From: Klebsormidium nitens
Lineage: Eukaryota > Plantae > Klebsormidiophyceae
Length of the DNA: 64,000 nucleotides
Assembly: GCA_000708835.1 (NCBI GenBank)
Contig: DF237057.1
Location: 62,001 to 126,000 of the forward strand
Direction of reading: 5' to 3'
Shown here: one piece after another, positions 25,501 through 36,300 of the stretch
Layout of the letters: each line of letters begins with the position of its first letter
Numbering within the stretch: position 1 is the stretch's first letter
Made by a program: the position numbers and the translations under genes
Notes under the pieces: generated by a model
The model's input: the letters and a program-made list of their open reading frames with translations, nothing else
Database searches by the model: none
Told to the model about the DNA's origin: nothing

Positions 25501-27487
25501 GTGGTGAGCGCAGTCTCTACAAGCTGGTGCGCTCTGCAGAAAGAGTTCACAACGAGCGTGAATGGGGGCAATCTGCATTAGTTGTTGGGGCAAATCGAAC
25601 CGGAGTTGTTGGTGTATGAGCTGGTTGTGAGACAGATGAAGTGATAGATTCGTAGCTGATGTGTTTCCGGCCGATTGGGAGGGGGTGTTAATTTCTGCTG
25701 TGCAAAGAACCGATGGTGGAGAATCAATGCAAGGCTTCTGAGGCTACACCCAAAATGGGGACAAGGTCGGGAACAGAGACTTGTCAGTCCACGCATCAGG
25801 AAACATCGAGGAGCTTCTTGAGATCTGGTTGTATAACGGTTTGTCCAGAACAGCTACTCTTGCCAGTCCAACGAGCTTGATCAAAGCAACTGGACATCCG
25901 ACCAATCAACCCATCGGAGTCCTCCCATGAAGACGCTTCCTTCTTCAGAGAAGCTCTATATCAGAACCCTTGTAACCAGTGCACCGCTAACCTCGTGCTG
26001 CTGACCGGTATCAATACCTCGTTAACCCCCAGGGTTAGCAGCCCCGCCAGTGTCGCGAGCAGCAGAGGGGCCATCAGCAAGCGCGCGTTTGACACTCCCG
26101 CAGATGCGAGCGCTCCGAGCTCCCCCCTTTCCTGGAGGCTCCCTAACCCAAAAAGGACTCCGGAGAGCGTAGCGAGTGGGAGGGCGAGGGATAGAAAACG
26201 CGGGGCTTGGAGTAGGGCGGCGCCGAAAGCTACTCTCAGGGGGAGTCCTGAAGATGGAGCATAAGGGAAGCGTTAGAAGTGATGGTTGAAATGCATGGAG
26301 ATTTGCGTTCTGTAGGACAAGGGTTTAATGGTGAAGAAAAGCTCAGGGGTGTGGATAGAACAGAAGTGTTGGAGCAGGCACTTCCAGTTCCTCTTGGGGT
26401 GAATTCTGGACAGGGAGTTCTAGCTCCAGATGGAGAGGTATGATTGTGACATCGAAGTGGGTGGAGTAAGAAACACTGCATACTCAGGGGCAAGCTGACA
26501 ATCTGAGCACCGTACGAAAATTTTGTCCAGGATGCAGGTGTCTGCTCCGATTGAAATGGCAGGGTATGTCGCTGGAGTGAATGGATGGCATTGCCCCGGT
26601 GGCAAAAACTATTAAACTCCTAGGGTAGCGGCGTTAAGCTGCAGTGGTTCCTCTGGATAAACTAGAATGCAGGGCTGACATTGGGCTACAAGAGGGGCAA
26701 TGTGAGCTAGTGTCAGGAAAGGGCAGAAACGAGGGGGGAAATGAGATATAATGTAAGGAGGGGGCAGAACAGAGGGGGCGAAGACCTAGAGTTATGAAAA
26801 GGCAAACAGGAGGAGGAAGAAATGAGATATAATCAGGAGGGGGCAGAAAAGAGGGGACAAATGAGACAGCATCGGGAGAAGGCAGAAAAGAGGGGGAGAA
26901 TGATATAGAACAGGGAGAAGGCAGAAAAAGGGGGAGAATGAGATAGAGACAAAAGGGGACCGAAAATTGCCAAACTCACCAGCACTGACCACCTCTCTGA
27001 TCAGCTCCACAAGCGCTCCAAGCGACATCCCCAGAAAGGCACAGAGCGCCAGCGCCATGACAAAACCCGGAAGCATCGATCGCAAAATGTATTTGTCCAG
27101 AACGCCCCCCAGCCTCAAGCTGGCACCTGCTTTCTCTGCAACTTTAGGAAGATAAGCACTTGTGTCCTTATCTCTTTCGCCCTTTCTTTCTCCTCTTCCC
27201 AGTCTGCCTGAGTCCATCGCTTCTATCCCTATAGAGGCATGATGGCTTGTCAAGCGGCCACAATTGCTCAGAAAGTATTTGTTTGGCCACCATTGCGATT
27301 TGCATTGATCACTGAGCCCCGGTCTTCTTGTGAGCTCCTCAGATTTCCAATAATGGTTTCTCCTGATGCATCGCAGAGGGATCAAAGATAGTGCATTGTT
27401 GGCAGAAAATGAACGGCATTGAAATTGCACCACCAGGTTGTGCCGCAAGAAGTCCACCGAAGTCGCATTGAAGCAGGGAGCAGACAT
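22516..27487 (-). CDS. LptF/LptG (YjgP/YjgQ, Ycf84-like) lipopolysaccharide-transport-type permease, nuclear-encoded, probably plastid-targeted
   Basis: Seven exons, 27487-26980, 26247-25992, 25533-25338, 24733-24623, 23888-23794, 23334-23214, 22737-22516, sum to 1509 nt (502 aa) with consistent phases. Motifs: LDKYILRSMLPGFVMALALCAFLGMSLGALVELIREV; LQAPRFLSLALPLATL...GELGALASAGVS; periplasmic-type region VWYAQKLEGGRMERVTVLD...AWDWAAKVWRFHDATL; C-terminal GALAPSVGAWAP. About 130 aa of Ser/Arg-rich N-terminal extension precede the first motif. Confidence 0.87.
26720..26960. repeat. Purine-rich minisatellite (about 40-bp unit, about 6 copies) in intron 1 of the LptF/G-like gene
   Basis: Repeated ggcagaaaagagggg(g)agaatgagata...ggag(a/g)a units. 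Confidence 0.75.
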
Positions 27488-27660
27488 GAGGTGAAGGGAA
27501 AGCGCGGACAAGGAATGCTCGGAGCGAGTAACTTTTGCAGAAAGTTGACTACTAAGGGAAAGCGCCTGGTCATCAAAGGAAGGCGCGTTTGGCAGCTAAT
27601 GCCAAAGGTGGGAAAGTCGCCATTACAATCTGCGAAAGGTGGTTGCTAGTTACGAGTGTT

Positions 27661-27686
27661 GGGGTTTTAGGGGTTTAGGGTTTTGG
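27661..27686. promoter_or_regulatory. Telomere-like motifs / telo-box (AAACCCTA) in a short bidirectional promoter region
   Basis: ggggttttaggggtttagggttttgg lies between the divergent ATGs at 27487 (-) and 27805 (+). Confidence 0.55.
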
Positions 27687-27804
27687 AAATTAGCAACATG
27701 TTCCCCCACAAAGTTGCTCCATGAAAGTCCGAGGACTGCTTTCCCCCTTCCTTGCAGAGGAATTCTTGAAGGAGCGGGTTTGTGAGGAGCAGAAGAAGGG
27801 GAGA

Positions 27805-28989
27805 ATGCAAGCCGTCTGCCTCCGCCAAGCAGAAAATGCTGCCCTTATTTTGGTGGAATCTTGGCAGAATGGGGCCCGATGCCACATAGAACCACCTCCG
27901 GTGCTTAGGTTGGATCGATATAGATGTCGCAGGCAATTCACCCTGAAGCAAAGCGCTGTCACACCTCTTTGCTCTTGGAACTTTCTTGCAACACCAAAGC
28001 GTGCCAGGATTGTGAATGTTAGCTGTGAGGGGGGCATTTTGGCAGGCAGGGGAGCAGAGCGAGTTGCTAGGGGCGTGAAGACATGTCTTCGTTGCGGCGT
28101 TAAGTATACTGATGATGAGAATCGGGAAGATGCATGCCGCTTCCATGGACATACTACAGGTATGTATGCAATTAGACGCACATTACTTTTTCCTCCATGT
28201 CCTATACTTTGTCTAGTTGCCCTTGTTCTTAGCAATTAGAGCGTGGCTGTGATTCAATGGCTACTGAGTCTCCAACTCAATGGCATGATAGCTTCTGCCC
28301 AATCTCTCATAAAAGCTGGACTGATTCAGGACCCCGAGACTTTCTGTGAGCAATGGGACGATCGTACCACGTTGGGCCCTGAGCTGATTTTTAAAACCAC
28401 ATTTTCCCTGAAATGACCTGCCCCTGATGCATCAGAAGTTCAGAGACATGATGGTGGAACTTGCCATCATAAGCACTGAGGTGCCCGACCGTTGATCTCA
28501 AAGCACTGTCTAGGGTGATGAGTCTGTTGTAACAGCCATTGATGAAAGTTCCTATGTCAGTTGCATGGATGAAATTTCTATAGACTGTGTTTCAAGTTCT
28601 TCCATTGGAACGCTTACTGTGATGTAGCGCGCAACACATGGTTTGCGTGGTTGGCCCCTCCAAAATCAGTGCCTCAGTTTTGGAGGGACGAAGGGGCAAG
28701 GAAGGCAAGCCTTTCTTTCCAATTGATGGCAGTCTGCTTCCACCTTCTTGCTTCGTCAGGTGATAGAGGCTACTTTGCCCTTGCTCCTCCTCACCAAGGA
28801 GTAGACGGCGATTGGACTGAAGATAGTGGAATCATAGTTTACAGATGGAATCAAGAAGGCAACAGACCAAACTCTGGAAGGAAAAACTGGAAGCGCCGAT
28901 GGACATGTTGCCAAGAATACAAGGAAGATGCTCCGCCGTGTCGAACGGGGCCTCATGTAAGTTATGATGATGGTTACACGATGTTTTGA
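27805..28989 (+). CDS. Conserved plant Cys/His-motif (putative Zn-binding) small protein with a transit-peptide-like N-terminus, 2 exons
   Basis: Exons 27805-28159 and 28760-28989 (phase 1 junction). KTCLRCGVKYTDDENREDACRFHGHTTG/DRGYFALAPPHQGVDGDW...WTCCQEYKEDAPPCRTGPHVSYDDGYTMF resembles an uncharacterised land-plant family as recalled. Confidence 0.82.
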
Positions 28990-30371
28990 GACACGCCTTA
29001 ATTGACCGGCAAAGTTGATAGCTGGGCCATGTTTGCAATTCCGATCCTGCAACCTTTGATTTCGCTTCATTTCCACTGCCTCTTTCTGGCACAGCTGTGA
29101 TAACTTCGATCAGCTAGCCTCAAATTGATGGGCATCATTGGCAGGCTCATTGAGCATGCATCATGGCAACGGTTGATTAGGCACTTTGTATTGCAATCAA
29201 TCACACGTAGCAGTTCAAAAAGCCCATGGGCACATGGCTGGGCGCCGCGCACCATGTGTGGCACAGGCTTCAACAATAGCCTGATTGTTTGCTTAAAGCC
29301 TGATTAATTCAGATCATGATTGGTTGCGCAGCTCCGAGTTTGACTTAATGACTTAAAAGTGATTTTATGCTTGTAGATCGATATCATGTACGCAGGAACT
29401 TTGGGCCTGCCTACCGCAACGCGCGCAACACATACTATGTCTGGCTACATGGATAAAGGCGGCCCGCGATCGTTCGCATGACATGCATGATAGAATTATT
29501 TCACCTGGGCTTGCATATGGATATGTGCATATATATGACCGTCATGCACGCCGCAACGGTATAGTAGATCAAGCTTTAGCTCTGATAATTGCGCTCAACG
29601 TATGGACTGGTCAGTGGTGCGTATAGATTTGTGAAGACCTGCCCCTTCATGTTGTCTGGATCTTGAATGACCATTGACAGGGGTGGGATTGAGGCCACCG
29701 TACATGTGCAGCAAAAGGGTGATATTCACGTTACACGTGTTCGTTGTAGAAACATGGCCATGCGAATAATGTGCATTAACACTGCCATATTGTACCTGCA
29801 CACCCGCCCCATGCCTTTGATTTCGCGAATTTAAAAGAAGTGTCCGTGTAAGCATGAGCTTCAACGGCGTATCATGAGTTACATCAAGATACAGCAACCA
29901 CACTCTCATGCGGTCCATACTGACGGCAATACCTACAAGTAGGTATATCCACCTGGCACCCAGCATCTGCTCTGTATCACGACACTATCTGGCAACTTGC
30001 CGCTAGCACGCTTGAACTGTAATTGGGACCCTTCCTCGAAAATGCAAGGATAGAAATGCAGCACGACTGGTTAAACACGGATGTCGCTACTCTCAGTTAG
30101 TCTCTGGAGAACTGCAGCTGCGTTGCTACCTGTCATCTGAGAAAGCGATTGCCCTTTTGACTTTATCGTGCCTTACTGCGCAACCGTTCCAAAGTGGATC
30201 AGACGGCGCCGAGCTTTGCGCTCTTGTTTTGCCCTGCAAACAGACCTAGCATCCTAACATTCTCTAAGGGCAGAGCCCTTGCCTAGCGAACCGCACCATA
30301 AATCATCAGCTTTCGGACTCTGATCATGTTCCGACATACATAAGGTGAACCGATCTTTCAACGACAGCTAT

Positions 30372-33300
30372 CTATTGGGTCCAAGGGGTGACCTTGCAGA
30401 GAGGCTGGGAACCGTCCCAGTCTTTGAAGATGGCCAGCGCCATAGCTTTGCCAAGCGCCTCTGCAACTGGCATCGCCACCGCATTTCCGACAAGGGTGTA
30501 CCTGTAGGCGAATTGAATGTCAGCACAAAGCCTCATCAAGGGCAATACGGAGGTTTTTACCCCAGGTTTTTAACCGACATTCACGTGAGAGAACTTCAGA
30601 AGCTCCATAGGTAGTTGACACCAGAAACACCAAGAACGATTTGCCCTCGTTTGCCACTTCCTCTGAATGAACGGTCAGGTTCCTTGTGAAACCAAGGCGG
30701 CACGCTCAAAGATCCTGAAATCTGCAGATGCCGTGACAGATGATACGAGGCTGAAGCCAGGAGCTATCATGCGTCGTTCCAGATGAGAGGCAAAAGGGAA
30801 AGATTCGCCATGACGATACGGCATTTGTAGGACCAACTACGAGGCCACGGTGACATGCAACCTTTCCAAGGACATCTTCTTTCGTTTTTGTCTTGGTCTG
30901 CCAAGATACATCCTGCAGATCGGCCAACTCAGATGCTGACCAACTGCCTAAAGCTACTGCCGCCACTCGCCAGGAAACTGTCCGCACGGGTATATCACGC
31001 ATCGGTGCGCGGGACTGAAAATCCATGAGTACGTGAAACTCACTTGTTCTTGGGATGGTCCCCCATGAGCTTGTAGTAGTCAGGGAAGCCTTGTAGGCGC
31101 GCGTTCTCTCGGATGCTCAGCACGCGGTCCTGGTCAGGGTGCAGCACCCGCTGGTTGTGCGGCTCTGCGCGCGTCACCACTGTCGCGACCGTCTCGTCCC
31201 ACCACAGGCGGCCGAAGGGCCTGCACGGAAAAAATCCGGGTTAGCAACTTCCGGGTTAAGGGCCGGGGTTAACACGGCTGTGAGGTTTCTGCTGTGGTTA
31301 GGTACCGAGCAAGAGCACCCAGTGACTGAAAAGGTGTCTCCAGCGACTCCGAGAGCAATGGTTGAAACGGAAACGCACCTATCCAAACAAGACGAAAAAT
31401 AACCACTGTGAGACCCGGGGTCTCAGAAGCAGCTCGTGGAAAGATCTATCTTTCATAAGCAGAGGGTCGGGGGCTCTGTGATGTACCAAACCAGCAAATA
31501 CGATGCCAGACGCTCTTCACATAACAGACAAGATGCTTCTAATACGTGGGGAAGGACGGTCTTTGCTCACTTGAACGACTTGCCCTTGATGAAGCTGATT
31601 GCATAGTCGGGCACGATTGGCTTTCCGGACGGGAGGAGAGGCCGTGCTGTCCGGATGACGGTCTTGTCGTCCGAAGTCTCCACTCCAGGAAGGTCACGGA
31701 AGTTGGCCCCCTGCGTCCGAAAATGGAGATGACGTCAGGCTTGCGACATCAGGAATATGCGTCGACCGAGTTGACATTTCTTGTGATTGCTACATCGAGT
31801 CACTGCGTTTGATGGTCGTTCCTTGAACGTCTCGTCCATTGAACATTTGTCGATACAATGTCCATTCTTTGATGGATATGCAAGGCATCTCCATCCTCCG
31901 GACAAACACGATTGCTGCCAGTGGGTGCCTCGGATAACGCACTGTACGCTAATGGAGGTTTCTTAAGATTGCTCTGTGGCTGCCACTTCGACGACATGCC
32001 TTTAAAGAGAAGGCCGGGCGACCGTTCACCAAAAGGGGACGGGCCACTTTCAAGGCCAACGTGGATGCTTATTCGACAAAAAACTGCACCCTGAACGAAA
32101 GTGGCTTACCTTCTTCTTGGGGATCATTGATGACCGGCCAAGGTCGTCCTCGTTCATGATCAGCGAGTGGTGGTCGTTCACGACCAGGAAATCTTCCACC
32201 ATCTTCTTCCCTGCAACCGAAACAGAGGAGTCGGCTACAGTCTTCGCGATCGTCCGTTCGTTCGTGTTTCTGGTCCGAGTTCCTGGTCTGGATGTGACGC
32301 TCTCCCTCCTTTCGCTCTCCCTCTTTTTTCGCAGAAATGTCCAGCCAAAGACCGGCAGCGATTGATAAAAGAAGGGCCTTAGGAAGAACGAAATAGTAGC
32401 AAAGTTGCTGTTTTCAACTTCACTTGCTCCTTCACAGTGCCAATCAACCGTTCTGATGAAAAACTTACTGTCCTCTTGAACTAACGTGTAGGCAGCTTTA
32501 AACTCTCTACACAGTAAACCTCTTAACCCCCTTTACCCAGTGATCTAAGAGATACGTCCGTGAGGCAGCTCAAATCAAAACCACCCTGGATACCCGTACT
32601 CCAATTGTGATTCATATTTGCTAAACCCTAGTTCTGGTTAAACTTAACCCACCTGGCGGCGGGCGGCGCACTTGCCGCTGGAACTCGCAGTCGGGCGTGC
32701 CCGTATACGGGACGATGTCGCGCCGCTCGTTGTTCTCGATGGGCGGGAGGTCGCGCAGGGCGTCGCCAAGAACTAGAGCGGGGGACAGGTTGGCGCCCTC
32801 GTGCGTGTCCTCGTCGTATGCGACCATGCTGTGCGTCCAGTCCATGGGAACGTGGTTGCGCACCTTCTCGACCATGTGCGTCGGGAGGGGGTACGGGGGG
32901 AGCACCTGGAAGGGGGGGAGAGGAACTTGTGGACGTCGTCAGAATTGAGACGGAGAAGCTGAAGGAAAACCGCCGATGAGCGTCTGCTATGCACGGCGGC
33001 TGAGAATCCTTTATAAGTGCAGGAAGGCAAGGGCAGGAGCAGGAGTGAAAATGTTTTCTTCTGCTCACGGATCACGAACGGTTTCACTGTTCGACGTTTT
33101 TCATACTGGGCAGGCATTTCGGGATGAGCGGACTGTGTGATGCGTTGCTTCTGCTCCTCGTCACCCCTTCCCCTTTTTTCAGATTGATCCATTGAAACGG
33201 TTGCTAACCATGTATGTTTGGACGGCAGAAAACATGAAAGTTGTCCGGTCGTCAGTGAGTCCATGTACAGAAAGAGGCACAAACACTTGGAAAGATGTCT

Positions 33301-36300
33301 GCCCTATATGTAACGGTACGCTCAGAAAAGGCTGCACAAAAGAGATAGCCTGCGGCTGTTGTTACAAAAGCTGGATAGGTGAAGGAAGGTAGGAGCACGT
33401 ACCTCTCCTGGAGCCGCCCCCCACACGAAGGTCCTCATTCTGAATTGCGGGACACCGAAGCTGCCCGCCACCAGAAGTCCAACGCGCGACTGCAAAAGGG
33501 TGCAAGGAACCTCAGACATGGGCGACGCCAACTTGGGCTTTCCAGGGGTTTTTTCGTCATCAACCTCTTTTCGTGTCCACATACATCGACACTAGGAAAC
33601 CATAAAACCTTTCGTGATTCCATCCTACGTTCCCTGCGCAATCTGCCTGCTTGATTCCATCAGCTTACTAACGGTTTGCTTCCAGCAGCTTAGTGACGAA
33701 TGCTGTCAATTCAAACACGCCAACTAGGTAACGAAATCCCCGACGGCTCAAGCAAACGCACAAAGCATGTTTCCGCAAGCTTCGGATTCGGGAAAGCAAG
33801 TGCCCCAAGTTTCACATGGTCATCGTCAAGGCTCAATCAGTCAGGCTAGCGGGGTGACGAACGAAGTTATACGACGAGACAAACCGTACCTGGTAGCCCA
33901 TGTTCACCAGCCTTCTGATCGCATAGCGCCCTAGGATCCCGTCCCCGAACTTGAGGATGTCTACCACGTTCTCCATCAACACGTAGCGAGGCCTTAGGAG
34001 CTGTGCGATGTCCATGAAGACTGGGAAGGTGCAAAGAAAGAAGACGAGGTCAAGGATAAGACAAGAATTTACAAAACCGATTCAACCCCGGCTTCCTCCA
34101 GACTGCAACACGTTGACTTGAGATGCGAGCGTCAAATGGCCGTCAAGTCAAGATTCAGGGCCTTGCGGGCAAGCAGACGACTAAATCGACCTCCACTCAC
34201 CATATTACAATTGCGGGGAGACGTCAGATGATATCTCGAGATTTGACGACACAATGGACGTTACTTCGATACGGCTGAGCCCCCTTTACAAGTCATAAGA
34301 AACTGAGAGTCCGAAGGGGGTCGGAATGATTTTTAACTGTCTACTCAGCAGGAACAGGGTTTCAGCAGCTCACCAATGACCTGCTTGTTCCTGGGGTCCA
34401 TAAGGGGCTCGTCCTTGTTCCGGAAGCGGTTGAAGCCGCTCGCTCCCTGGCAGGGCGGTCCGCCGCAGATGAGTCCAACGCTTCCCTGTGACGAAAACAG
34501 AAGGAGCAGGATGAGACCTGAAGATGGTTGTTTAAGAAAGCTCATAGTACGGTGAGTGTGGAGCGCTGTTCAGCATTGAAAAGTGTGATGCATGCGCTAA
34601 AGTCAAGCCTGGCAATATGAAAGATGGAGAGTTGTTTCAAAATCCTTGATCGGTCTGGGTTGCCAAAATCTTGTCTCGAGGAACCCAAAATGTACTTGAA
34701 GGGACAGAAAGAGCTCAAGCGCACCCTCTCAGGAGGAAATCCGTAGACTGTTGCTCAGTCAGCTTTTAGAAAGGAGGACATCAATTGTCTAAAGCGTCAC
34801 AATGGGGGGATTCCCCATGATCCGAGGACTTTGCTGGCAGATTGCAGGAGATAATTCTTCCTCAGATTAGCACGCAGAAAAGCAGTGCATTGATAGCTGC
34901 AGTTGGACGATTTTGTTGTGAAAACGGGGCTTTGTTACAAACCGACCTCGTGTCCGGAAAGTTTCTTTCAAGGGCCTGGTTTCAGCATCTTGTGCAAAGA
35001 GTCTGCTGAAGGACTCGGCGCAAAGGAGAGAAAGGAAGAACGAGATGCCGAAAGGTGCTCACTGGGAGTGGCAGGATCTGCTGCTCGACGCCCCTTTGAA
35101 CGAATTCCTTGAGCAGGTCGGGGCAGCCACTGCGCAAAGAAGGGTGTCAGGAACTTAGTAAGCTGGAGTTGACACCGAAAGAACATGGAGCTTGCTCGGG
35201 AGTCTGCACCTTTCAGTGCCGCGCTCTTTCAGATCAGTGTTCCAATTTGAGATTTGGAAGGGAAAGTCTGGCTTCGACCAATTAGGCTGCACCACATGAC
35301 CTCAAGCATCAAAAAGCGGTTTTGGAAGGTGGTTTACATGGACCCAAAAGCAGGCTTTCCCTGTTTCACAAAAAAGATAAGGACAACGCCTTTGCTACTT
35401 TGCCCTGATGCAAGGGTAAACCGGTCCGTCTTCAACCCTGCAGCTACTATTAGAGTGAGAAGAAAACACCCCGGCGTCGTTACATCTCTCTTACCGCAAA
35501 ACCAATTCCGGTGGTTTTCGAAGTGATACAGACCCCGTTTACTTACTCTGCCAGCTCTTCAGGCTCCCACGTGTCCCACTCCTCCGTGTAGTTCTTCCAC
35601 CGGATCTGTACCCACGTGAGCAAACATCAAGCAGCCGACTTTCACACTCCGAAGCACGTCCAGCACCCATCTTCAGTTGGGCTCGGAAGTTCCGTCACCC
35701 AGAAGCAGAGGGAGGTCAAGCAAGCAGTCCTTTCAACCGTCTCAATCATGTCTTCCTAACAACATCGATTCGAAAACTTCCGCCTCCCTGAAGCATCATC
35801 TTCCTGGTTTTTGGAGTGGGGTTGAAGCCTCGGTGGGTTTTTTCAACGCTAATCGTCTTTGCATATGCTGCCAGAGACTGAATCGCTTCGACCTCCGTAA
35901 TCGTGCAGATTGTCGTGTATTCTTCAGAAAGCTTACGAGGTTCACAATCAGATTATTTAACCGTTAGGAGTGGACCCAAGCTAGCTTTCACGAAACTCAA
36001 TAACAAACAGCGCCATCGACGGCTCAAACAAAACCAAACGTTCCAGAAACGGCCTGCTTGTTGACAGGAGACAGGACGCCCACAAAACGCAAAAAACAGA
36101 AAAATGGTGGGATTGAGACGGAGGCGATTTCAAGAAAGATGGCGTTATGCTACAATACTTGCAAGGCAACGGCACCAGGAAGATTAGGTGCCTTTGAGGG
36201 TCTACGGTGGCCAGAGGTGCGGAACAGGTAGATTCGGGGGTACTTTAAATGTTAGTCGAAGCTCATATCTTGTGAATTATGAACTCCTTTCTCGAGAATC

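Noticed and set aside
22516-27487. Bacterial contamination as the source of the LptF/G-like sequence
   Set aside because: The gene has six GT-AG introns with consistent phases and an N-terminal extension, and it is flanked by plant nuclear genes.
29595-29966. 123-aa minus-strand ORF with an LLYLDVT motif reminiscent of a reverse transcriptase
   Set aside because: No other RT motifs, no splice support and low-GC intergenic composition.
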